A stretch of 64,000 nucleotides of DNA, from NCBI GenBank assembly GCA_035517195.1, contig DATIZH010000003.1:1262-65261 (forward strand), in the 5' to 3' direction. The translations under genes and the position numbers were made by a program. The notes under the pieces are model-generated. The model was not told the origin of the DNA. It did not search any database and was given only the letters and a program-made list of their open reading frames with translations. Origin of the DNA: Nitrospiria bacterium. Its GTDB lineage: Bacteria > Nitrospirota > Nitrospiria > JACQCE01. Of this stretch, positions 1 to 7,730 are shown piece by piece. Position 1 is the first letter of the stretch. Each line of letters begins with the position of its first letter.

Positions 1-692
1 GACTCAGCAGGCAACGCTGGCTATCAGAACGATCTGTGGGAATTTGATGGAAGTCAATGGACATGGATCAGTGGGGCCGATATCATCAACCAGCGGGTAT
101 TTACGGTACGCAGGGCATGGCAGATCCCTCCAATGTGCCCGGAGCACGAGTTGCCTCTGTTTCGTGGATTGACAGCTTCGGTTACCTTTGGCTCTTCGGG
201 GGAGTGGGATTCGACTCTGCGGGGAACTTAGCTTTTCTGAACGATCTGTGGAGATTTGATGGAAGTAATTGGACTTGGGTCAGCGGGGCCGAGGTTGGAG
301 GCCAGAATGGCGTTTATGGTATGCAGGGTACCGCCTCCCCCTCCAATGTGCCGGGCGCACGCGAGAGTGCAGTTCCGTGGATGGACAGCCAGAACCACCT
401 GTGGCTCCTTGGGGGTTTGGGATACGATTCTACGGGGACGATAAGAGGCCTGAATGACCTATGGATTTTTGATGGAACGAGTTGGACCTGGGTCAGCGGG
501 GCCGAGGTTGGAGACCAGTATGGCGTCTATGGTATGCAGGGTACCGCCTCCCCCTCAAATGTGCCAGGCGCACGCCAGAGTGCCGTTTCGTGGATGGACC
601 TCAGCGGTAACCTTTGGCTCTTCGGGGGAAGAGGATTAGGTTCCACGGGGACTGGGGGACTGCTCAATGATCTTTGGGAATTGACGCCATAG
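1..692 (+). pseudogene. Kelch-type beta-propeller repeat protein, 5' end outside window, apparent 1-nt frameshift near nt 93
   Basis: Frame 1 is open from nt 1 and reads DSAGNAGYQNDLWEFDGSQWTWISGADIINQ. The repeat motif then continues only in frame 3 (listed ORF 57..692) as AGIYGTQGMADPSNVPGAR. There are tandem 71-aa units NDLW.FDG..WTW.SGA...YG.QG..PSNVPGAR...W.D...LWL.GG. The NDLW codons start at nt 28, 240, 453 and 666, spacings of 212, 213 and 213 nt. Confidence 0.6.
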
Positions 693-1044
693 TAAACCCG
701 GAATGCAGTAAATCCTGGGACAAATTTATTTTAACGTACTCCCAGTCATATATTGTTGTTTCTGAAACTGGTTGCCCCACGGAAACACCCATTGATTTGA
801 TTGGAATATCTGGCCCTTAGTTTAGAGTCTTTTTGATATGTTGGGGCAAGCATTACCTTCGTTAATCGGTAATTTCCTGAAATCTCTCGATTCACGACTT
901 GTAAGGTGTACTACTTATTTGATCTGATACTGGACGGCAGGTAAAGTTCTGGTTCTTTTATCCCTTTTGGTAGGCGGGTCCCCCAGGTATTCATCCGTGG
1001 GGGTTACCTCTTCCAGATCCCGGACACCCATCGGAGGTACGCAG

Positions 1045-1092
1045 CGTATGGGCGATGGGGGGAACGGGGGGAGCTGAGCATCTCCCCCCGTC
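1045..1092. repeat. G-rich hairpin repeat (REP-like), short form, head-first orientation
   Basis: cgtatgggcgatggggggaacGGGGGGAGctgagcatCTCCCCCCgtc. Near-identical to 53103..53160, and the reverse complement of the tail of the 19233, 60289 and 3559 copies (ccccatcgcc.tacg). Confidence 0.8.
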
Positions 1093-1096
1093 AAAA

Positions 1097-1126
1097 TTGA
1101 CAACCCCGTCGACGGTTGGGTATAGT
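1097..1126 (+). promoter_or_regulatory. sigma70-like promoter upstream of ribBA
   Basis: TTGACA (1097-1102), 18-nt spacer, TATAGT (1121-1126). The -10 box ends 9 nt before the ribBA ATG at 1136. Confidence 0.4.
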
Positions 1127-1135
1127 GGGCCTGCC

Positions 1136-2392
1136 ATGTCAGATCGTCTCCATCATCATGCCGATCACGGCTCCCCCAGGCGGGAAGGGGTGCAGTTTGA
1201 TACGATTGAAGACGCGATCGAGGAAATCCGCAACGGCCGGATGGTGATTCTGGTCGACGATGAGGACCGCGAGAACGAGGGTGATCTGGTGATCGCGGCG
1301 GAGCGGGTGACTCCCGATGCGATCAATTTCATGGCGACGCACGGCCGGGGCCTGATCTGCCTGTCCGTCACCGAGGAACGGGCCACGCAGCTGCAGCTGC
1401 CACCGATGGTGACTGAAAATACCACCAATTACGGCACGGCGTTCACCGTGTCGATCGATGCCAAGCGGGGTGTGACGACCGGGATCTCCGCCTCCGATCG
1501 CGCCACCACCATTGCGACCGCCATCGCGCCTGGAACGACGCCGGCCGACCTGGCGCGACCGGGGCACATTTTCCCGATCAAGGCGCAAACGGGGGGGGTG
1601 TTGAAACGGGCCGGACAGACCGAAGGGTCGGTCGATCTGGCGCGCCTGGCGGGGCTGACCCCCGCAGGCGTCATTTGCGAGATCATGAACGAGGACGGGA
1701 CGATGGCGCGCAGCCCTGAACTGGCCGCGCTGGCCCGACGGTTTCATTTGAAGATGGTGACCATCAAGGATCTCATCAATTACCGGATGCAGCGTGAATC
1801 GCTCGTGCACCGGGTGGCATCGGCCACTCTGCCGACCCGCCACGGCGACTTCGACGCGTTCGTTTATGAAAATGACCTGGATCACGGCACGCACATCGCC
1901 CTGGTCAAGGGGGCCATCACCCCCGATGCGGACGTGCTGGTCCGGGTGCATTCGGGCTGTCTGACCGCGGACGTCTTCGGGTCACGGCGGTGTGATTGCG
2001 GCGAGCAGCTGCAGCGGTCGATGCAGATGATCCAGGAGGAAGGGCGCGGGGTCCTGCTCTATCTGAATCAGGAGGGACGCGGCATCGGCCTGGCCAACAA
2101 GATCAAAGCGTACGGCCTGCAGGACGCCGGCCGGGACACGGTGCAAGCCAATCTGGAACTGGGGTTCAAAAGTGATTTGCGTGATTACGGGATTGGCGCC
2201 CAGATCCTGGTCGATTTGGGCGTTCGACGGCTCCGGCTTCTGACCAACAATCCGAGAAAGATCGTCGGACTCGAAGGGTACGGCCTGGTCGTGGTGGAGC
2301 GGGTGCCGATCGAGTCGACGCCACACGAACGCAACGTCCATTACCTCAGGACCAAAAAGCAGAAAATGGGACACCTGCTGGACAAGGTGTGA
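1136..2392 (+). CDS. ribBA: bifunctional 3,4-dihydroxy-2-butanone-4-phosphate synthase / GTP cyclohydrolase II
   Basis: [16 protein letters not shown] and HIFPI (RibB half); [24 protein letters not shown] and NQEGRGIGL (RibA half). The start is moved from ORF-track 1055 to the ATG at 1136 because 1055-1135 lies in a repeat and promoter. Confidence 0.95.
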   Translation: MSDRLHHHADHGSPRREGVQFDTIEDAIEEIRNGRMVILVDDEDRENEGDLVIAAERVTPDAINFMATHGRGLICLSVTEERATQLQLPPMVTENTTNYGTAFTVSIDAKRGVTTGISASDRATTIATAIAPGTTPADLARPGHIFPIKAQTGGVLKRAGQTEGSVDLARLAGLTPAGVICEIMNEDGTMARSPELAALARRFHLKMVTIKDLINYRMQRESLVHRVASATLPTRHGDFDAFVYENDLDHGTHIALVKGAITPDADVLVRVHSGCLTADVFGSRRCDCGEQLQRSMQMIQEEGRGVLLYLNQEGRGIGLANKIKAYGLQDAGRDTVQANLELGFKSDLRDYGIGAQILVDLGVRRLRLLTNNPRKIVGLEGYGLVVVERVPIESTPHERNVHYLRTKKQKMGHLLDKV

Positions 2393-2399
2393 CGAATCG

Positions 2400-2894
2400 A
2401 TGATGCCGGCCGATGACGCCGACCATCCCCCTGTCCTGCGAGGCGATCGGCGCGCCGAGGGGGTTCGCTGCGCCCTGATCGTCAGCACCTTCAATGAGGC
2501 GGTCACTGGACGGCTCCTCGATCGCGCGCTGACCACCCTGCGAGAAGCAGGGGCCGATCCCGGTCAATTGACGGTCGTCCATGTCCCCGGCGCCATTGAG
2601 CTCCCCCTGACGGCCAAACGGCTCGCCGTCACCGGACGATTCGATGCGATCATCTGCCTCGGCGCAGTCATCCGGGGCGACACCTCGCACTACGAGCTCG
2701 TGTGCGACATTGCGGCGCGAGGCATCAACCAGGCGGCCCTTGACACGGGTGTGCCGGTTATTTTCGGCGTCGTGACCGCCGAGACGACGGATCAAGCCCT
2801 GGAGCGGTCCAGACCGGGTCCCTTGGATCGGGGCAGGGCGGCGGCGCTCGCGGCGGTCGAAATGGCCACGTTGTTCCGGCTCCTGAAAGCGTGA
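2400..2894 (+). CDS. ribH: 6,7-dimethyl-8-ribityllumazine synthase
   Basis: ALIVSTFNEAVTGRLL..VHVPGAIELP..FDAIICLGAVIRGDTSHYELV..PVIFGVVT. Follows ribBA. Confidence 0.93.
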   Translation: MMPADDADHPPVLRGDRRAEGVRCALIVSTFNEAVTGRLLDRALTTLREAGADPGQLTVVHVPGAIELPLTAKRLAVTGRFDAIICLGAVIRGDTSHYELVCDIAARGINQAALDTGVPVIFGVVTAETTDQALERSRPGPLDRGRAAALAAVEMATLFRLLKA

Positions 2895-3044
2895 AATGGG
2901 AGATGCCGCCACAAGGGATTCGGTATTCGTGCGCCCGGCAATGGGGGGCGTCTGGGTGAGTGTAAAGGGAGCCTCACAGGCTGCGCCGGCGAAGGCGCCA
3001 GTGATCGAGCCGACGCGCATCGCTCCCCCTGACTGCTAAGACTC

Positions 3045-3491
3045 ATGGGACTTCGTCGACAGGCCAGGGAATGCGCGGTGCAGTGGCTGTTCCAATACGA
3101 CGTCATCAGACAGCACAATCTCCAGGTCACGCCCGCATCGATGACGGCGTTTCCGTCGATGATCGATATCGCTCCGGACGCCAAACCGTTTGCCGAACGA
3201 TTGGTGCAGGGCGTGCTGGATCATTTGCCCGAGCTTGACGCCATGCTGCAGCGGGCGGCCGATCATTGGAGCGTGGACCGCATGGCGGTGGTCGACCGCA
3301 ACGTCCTGCGATGCGCCCTGTACGAGCTGCTCTATCTGGAGGAAATTCCGGCCAAGGTCACCATCAACGAAGCGATCGAGATCGCCAAACGGTACGGGTC
3401 CGAAGAGTCGGGGGCCTTCGTGAATGGCCTGCTCGACCGTCTCATCAAAACGGAAGAACGGCTGCAGCCGAAACGATTGGCCACCGCATAG
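3045..3491 (+). CDS. nusB: transcription antitermination factor NusB
   Basis: VDRNVLRCALYELLYLEEIPAKVTINEAIEIAKRYGSEESGAFVNGLLDR. Classic ribH-nusB adjacency. Confidence 0.93.
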   Translation: MGLRRQARECAVQWLFQYDVIRQHNLQVTPASMTAFPSMIDIAPDAKPFAERLVQGVLDHLPELDAMLQRAADHWSVDRMAVVDRNVLRCALYELLYLEEIPAKVTINEAIEIAKRYGSEESGAFVNGLLDRLIKTEERLQPKRLATA

Positions 3492-3558
3492 ATGGACGCA
3501 CGCGTACTCCGATGATCCCACGAGATGCTGAATCCGCTCGCACAGATCGCGAGCTCGA

Positions 3559-3666
3559 GTCAGGGGGAGTGATGCTCGCATTCCCCCTGCGGCATATCAT
3601 CGTGGGGGATCGTCCGGTGCAGCCGCTCCTCCGATGCCCCCACACCCCCGGCCCCATCGCCATACG
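3559..3666. repeat. G-rich hairpin repeat, long (~108 nt) form
   Basis: gtcaGGGGGAGtgatgctcgcatTCCCCCtg...cgtccggtgcagccgctcctccg...ggccccatcgccatacg. About 80% identical over its whole length to 60025..60134. Ends 3 nt before the purB ATG. Confidence 0.8.
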
Positions 3667-3669
3667 ATT

Positions 3670-5028
3670 ATGATCCCGAGATATACACTGCCCGAGATGG
3701 GGGCCATATGGACCGACGAGCACCGGTACGGTCTGTGGCTGCGCGTGGAACTGGCCCTGTGCTCGGTGCTGGCCGGGCGCCGGATCATTCCCCGCCGCGC
3801 GTATGAGATCATCCGGAAACGGGCGGCGGTCTCCGCGGACCGGATCGCGGCAATCGAGCAGACCGTCAAGCACGACGTCATCGCCTTCGTCTCCGCGGTG
3901 GCGGAACAGATCGGGGAGGCCGGCAAATACCTGCATTACGGCGTCACCTCTTCGGATATTCTCGACACGGCGCTGGCGCTGCAGTTGCGTGAGGCGACCG
4001 ACCTTCTGTCGGCAAAACTGGGGCGGTTGCGCCTGACGCTGTCACGGACGGCCCTGCGGTACCGGCGTGTTCCCATGGTGGGGCGATCCCATGGGGTGCA
4101 CGGCGAGCCGATCACGTTCGGCTGGAAGGCGGCGATCTGGCATGAAGAGATCCGGCGGGACGAAGACCGGCTCGCGCGCGCCCGCGCGACGATCAGCGTC
4201 GGGAAGCTCTCCGGTTCGATGGGGACCTATGCCCATCTGTCGCCGGCCATTGAAGCGGCCGTGTGCGATCGTCTGGGATTGACGCCGGCGCCGATCAGCA
4301 ACCAGGTCATTCAACGCGACCGGCACGCCGAATACATGCAGACCCTCGCCTTGATCGCCGCGTCGATCGAGAAAATCGCGATGGAAATCCGCCATCTCCA
4401 GCGGACGGAGGTCCGCGAGGTGGAGGAGCTGTTCGCCGAGGGGCAGCGGGGCTCGTCCAGCATGCCCCATAAACGCAACCCGATCGGATCTGAAAACCTC
4501 TGCGGTCTGGCGCGAGTCGTCCGGGCGAACAGTCAGGCGGCGCTGGAGAACGTGGCGTTATGGCACGAGCGGGACATCAGTCATTCCTCCGTCGAGCGCA
4601 TCATCCTGCCCGATTCGACCATCCTGCTCGATTTCATGCTGGCCCGCATGGAATCGATTCTCTCGACGCTTCGGGTCTATCCCGACCGGATGCGCGCTAA
4701 TCTCGAATTGACTGGCGGCCTGGTCTTTTCGCAGCAGTTGATGCTGCGGCTGGTCCAGGACGGGATGAGCCGGGACGACGCCTACGCCCTGATTCAGTCG
4801 CTGGCGACCAAGGCCTGGGAGGGCGGCACGCCGTTTCGGACGCTGGTCGAGCGCGACATCCGGATCACCCGGCGCCTCTCATCGGCCGAACTTGACCGGT
4901 GTTTTTCAGTGGAGCCGTTTCTGACGCATGTCGACGCCGTGTTCGCCCGGCTGTTCCCGGCTGACTCCGGCACGCGACGGGCGCGCGTGTCGCGCCGGCG
5001 GGCCCCTTCCGCCTCGCCCAAATCATGA
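3670..5028 (+). CDS. purB: adenylosuccinate lyase
   Basis: MIPRYTLPEMGAIWTDEHRY..., GSSSMPHKRNP signature, LWHERDISHSS. Start taken at the ATG at 3670 (MIPRY), not 3634, which lies in the repeat. Confidence 0.93.
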   Translation: MIPRYTLPEMGAIWTDEHRYGLWLRVELALCSVLAGRRIIPRRAYEIIRKRAAVSADRIAAIEQTVKHDVIAFVSAVAEQIGEAGKYLHYGVTSSDILDTALALQLREATDLLSAKLGRLRLTLSRTALRYRRVPMVGRSHGVHGEPITFGWKAAIWHEEIRRDEDRLARARATISVGKLSGSMGTYAHLSPAIEAAVCDRLGLTPAPISNQVIQRDRHAEYMQTLALIAASIEKIAMEIRHLQRTEVREVEELFAEGQRGSSSMPHKRNPIGSENLCGLARVVRANSQAALENVALWHERDISHSSVERIILPDSTILLDFMLARMESILSTLRVYPDRMRANLELTGGLVFSQQLMLRLVQDGMSRDDAYALIQSLATKAWEGGTPFRTLVERDIRITRRLSSAELDRCFSVEPFLTHVDAVFARLFPADSGTRRARVSRRRAPSASPKS

Positions 5029-5264
5029 AGGCCCGGGTATACGTCTCGTTGAAGGCGGGCATCTTCGATCCCCAGGGATCGACGATCCAGCAGGCCTTGA
5101 ACGGGCTGGGGTTTTCCGGCGTCTCTAAGGTCCACGCGGGCAAGTATTTCGAGATTGAGCTCGACTCTTCTTCTCAGGCCGACGCCGCACAGCAACTCTC
5201 AAAGATGTGCGATCAGCTGCTGGCCAATCCCACCATCGAGCAGTATCGGATCGAGATCGAGTAA
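5025..5264 (+). CDS. purS: phosphoribosylformylglycinamidine synthase subunit PurS
   Basis: MKARVYVSLKAGIFDPQGSTIQQALNGLGF..KYFEIELD. ATGA overlap with the purB stop. Confidence 0.9.
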   Translation: MKARVYVSLKAGIFDPQGSTIQQALNGLGFSGVSKVHAGKYFEIELDSSSQADAAQQLSKMCDQLLANPTIEQYRIEIE

Positions 5265-5540
5265 CCCCGGGCGGGTGCTCAGAGTCGGGGAGTCGCATCT
5301 CCTCCTTCGGGGACGTGACCGTCTCGCCGGTTGAGTGGCTCGACCGTGCATCCAGATTGACGTCCGAGCTGGATGAATCAAGCGGGTCACCGCTTGCTCA
5401 CCGGTTGTCAGCGACCGTGATGACGACATGATCGGTGTGACATGATCAGGACTTCTGGAACGCAATGCATTCTCCTCATTGATAGTACAGGGCAATCCAT
5501 CTGACTGATCAGAGACATCCACCCGGCACTTCTCATGAAA

Positions 5541-5568
5541 TTGACACTTTCGTGATCTCGGCTACAAT
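5541..5568 (+). promoter_or_regulatory. sigma70-like promoter upstream of the MerR-family gene
   Basis: TTGACA (5541-5546), 16-nt spacer, TACAAT (5563-5568). Confidence 0.45.
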
Positions 5569-5624
5569 TGGTACATAGCTGTGGCTTGTTAACACGTCCG
5601 GTTGTTGCGGCCAGTCACGACATC

Positions 5625-5999
5625 ATGCGGAACGAACACGAAAAGAAGTCCAGGATCTCAACGCAGTCGAGCCATCCCTATGGGGCCAAGGAGATCTGCC
5701 AGGCGGTGGGCATCTCCCATCGTCAGCTCGATTATTGGGTGCTCATCGGAGTGGTGACCCCTCACCTTGAACGGCATGGAGCGAAATTGTTCCGTCGCTT
5801 CAGCCGCCACGACGTCACGGTGTTACAGCGCATCAAACACCTCATCGATGAGGGTGTCGTCGTCAGTCGCGCGGCTGAACGGGTGCATCGGGAAATGGGG
5901 CAGGGAACGGCGTTGGACAGCGCCCCATCGAACGACGGCAGGGCCACCTCCACGGTGCCGCGCCTTGAGGGACAGGAGCCCGAGACCGATGCCGCTTAG
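5625..5999 (+). CDS. MerR-family transcriptional regulator
   Basis: N-terminal HTH AKEICQAVGISHRQLDYWVLIGVV followed by FSRHDVTVLQRIKHLIDEGV. The start is uncertain: ATG 5625 chosen, but TTG 5568/5586 are possible. Confidence 0.7.
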   Translation: MRNEHEKKSRISTQSSHPYGAKEICQAVGISHRQLDYWVLIGVVTPHLERHGAKLFRRFSRHDVTVLQRIKHLIDEGVVVSRAAERVHREMGQGTALDSAPSNDGRATSTVPRLEGQEPETDAA

Positions 6000-6128
6000 G
6001 GGACTGGATCACACGGTGAAGGGCGCGGGATGCTGCCGGCCGTCCACACAGACCCCATCGACCGGGAACGGGATCGATTCACGCTGTCTCGATCCGATCT
6101 TCGGCCACAGAAAAGAAAGGGCTGACAC

Positions 6129-6776
6129 ATGCCATTAAGCTGCCCGCAGTGCCAGAGCGTGCTGGACATGCCCGTGGATATGCAGCACGCCTCCGAGGAG
6201 TTCCTGTGCACACAGTGTCATTCGCTGTTGAAGCTGACCATTTCCGTGACGGTCGTCGACCCGTCCCGCCAGCCCGCCGCCGGATCGGCGAAACCAGAGG
6301 CGGGCTCTTCGCGTGTCGTGGCGGTGTTTCATGGCAAGGCAAGCCTGGAAATCGTCAATGAGCTGCTGTCCGCTTCAGATATCCAGGTGGCGACCGCGGA
6401 GACGGGACGGGAGGCGCTGCACCTGGTGGACCAATTGCAACCTTCGGTCGTCATCGTGGAGGACGCCCTGCCGGATCTGAGCGGCATGGACGTGTGCGAA
6501 TTGCTCAAACGAAGCAAACGCCACCACGGATTGAAAGTCCTGCTGGTGACCAGCTGGCAGAACAAGGGGAATGACCAGGAGGAGACCTCCATGTTGTACG
6601 GTCCCGACGCCTCGCTTCCACACGCCATGCTCTATCGCGATCTGGTCAAGCGCGTGCAGGGTCTTCTGGAAGAAAGCGCACAGCCTGGCGGGGCCTCCGC
6701 CGCGCCGGGATTTGATCCGGACGCCACTCGCCTGATGAACCAAAAGAAGGATTCGGCCACAACCACGGGACGGTAA
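6129..6776 (+). CDS. zinc-ribbon plus degenerate response-regulator receiver domain protein
   Basis: CPQC..x26..CTQC at the N-terminus, then a CheY-like fold: VVAVFHGKA...VVIVEDALPDLSGMDVCELLK...KVLLVTS. The acidic DD pair and the conserved Lys appear to be missing. Confidence 0.65.
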   Translation: MPLSCPQCQSVLDMPVDMQHASEEFLCTQCHSLLKLTISVTVVDPSRQPAAGSAKPEAGSSRVVAVFHGKASLEIVNELLSASDIQVATAETGREALHLVDQLQPSVVIVEDALPDLSGMDVCELLKRSKRHHGLKVLLVTSWQNKGNDQEETSMLYGPDASLPHAMLYRDLVKRVQGLLEESAQPGGASAAPGFDPDATRLMNQKKDSATTTGR

Positions 6777-6999
6777 CGCAATGCGTGGGCCGGCCGCCGC
6801 CCCCACCACGGCGGCCCTGACCTCATGACCCCTGCCGCCGCTGGCGGGTCAGAGGCGCGACATTCCAGCGGGGTTTTGAATATCGATGTGTCATCGCTCT
6901 CGATCCCCCAGCGTGTGATGCACGGCCGGTCGGACGTCCCGCGCGCTTGCCGACCCCACGGCCCTGTGTTACAATCCGCGCATTCCAAGGAGGCGATCG

Positions 7000-7725
7000 A
7001 TGCGCGCGGGTGTCGTGGTGTTTCCGGGGTCGAATTGCGACCGGGATTGTCTCTGGGCACTTGGCGCGTTTGCCGTCGAGGCGGTGCCGCTCTGGCATAA
7101 GGACGACTCCGTGCAGGGGTGCGACGTGGTGATCCTGCCCGGCGGCTTCTCCTACGGCGACTATCTCCGTTGCGGCGCCATCGCCCGATTCTCCCCGATC
7201 ATGTCGGCCATCAGGCGCCACGCCAAGGCAGGGGGCGTCGTTGTCGGCATCTGCAACGGTTTTCAGATCTTGACGGAAGCGGGCCTGCTGCCGGGCACGC
7301 TGCTCCTCAACACGGGGCTCCGATTCATCTGCCGGCCGGTCTTCGTCCGCGTCGAGCAGACGACCAGCGCCCTGACCCGGGCCTGCCGGGCAGGCCAGGT
7401 ACTGTCGCTGCCGATCGCACACGCCGAAGGGCGGTACTGGCTGTCCGAACCGGCACTCCGCGAGGTGGAGGCACGCGGCCAGGTGGTCCTGCGTTATTGC
7501 GCCGCCGGCGGCGCCGTCGATGCGGCCAGCAATCCCAACGGCTCGATCAACGGAATTGCCGGCGTCTGCAATCCGGACGGCAACGTGGTCGGCCTGATGC
7601 CCCATCCGGAACGAGCGATCGACCTCCGTCTCGGCGGCACGGACGGCCGTTGCCTCATGGCCGGACTGGCCGCGTCTGCGCGAACCGCTACGACGGAGCC
7701 GGGGCTGCAGCCCTTGTCCGCTTGA
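7000..7725 (+). CDS. purQ: phosphoribosylformylglycinamidine synthase, glutaminase subunit
   Basis: [44 protein letters not shown]. Confidence 0.93.
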   Translation: MRAGVVVFPGSNCDRDCLWALGAFAVEAVPLWHKDDSVQGCDVVILPGGFSYGDYLRCGAIARFSPIMSAIRRHAKAGGVVVGICNGFQILTEAGLLPGTLLLNTGLRFICRPVFVRVEQTTSALTRACRAGQVLSLPIAHAEGRYWLSEPALREVEARGQVVLRYCAAGGAVDAASNPNGSINGIAGVCNPDGNVVGLMPHPERAIDLRLGGTDGRCLMAGLAASARTATTEPGLQPLSA

Positions 7726-7730
7726 ACGGC

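Noticed and set aside
838-924. 28-codon ORF MLGQALPSLIGNFLKSLDSRLVRCTTYLI in the AT-rich gap after the Kelch gene.
   Set aside because: An amphipathic peptide is conceivable, but there is no SD, promoter or conservation evidence. Such short ORFs are expected by chance in AT-rich DNA.
693-1135. FMN riboswitch upstream of ribBA. GACGGCAGGTAAAGTTCTGG at about nt 940 vaguely recalls the RFN 3' half.
   Set aside because: The conserved 5' core (AGGGCGGGG...CCCCACCGGCGG) and the correct helix order are absent on both strands. The similarity is limited to one short segment.
1055-1135. ORF-track N-terminal extensions of ribBA (1055), purB (3634), purL (7119), arnC (17945), the ArnA formyltransferase (16816), lepB (37757) and kdsD (42613).
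   Set aside because: The extensions overlap the preceding gene or run through repeat or promoter sequence, and they lack similarity to the conserved N-termini. Internal starts adjacent to the upstream stop codon fit better.
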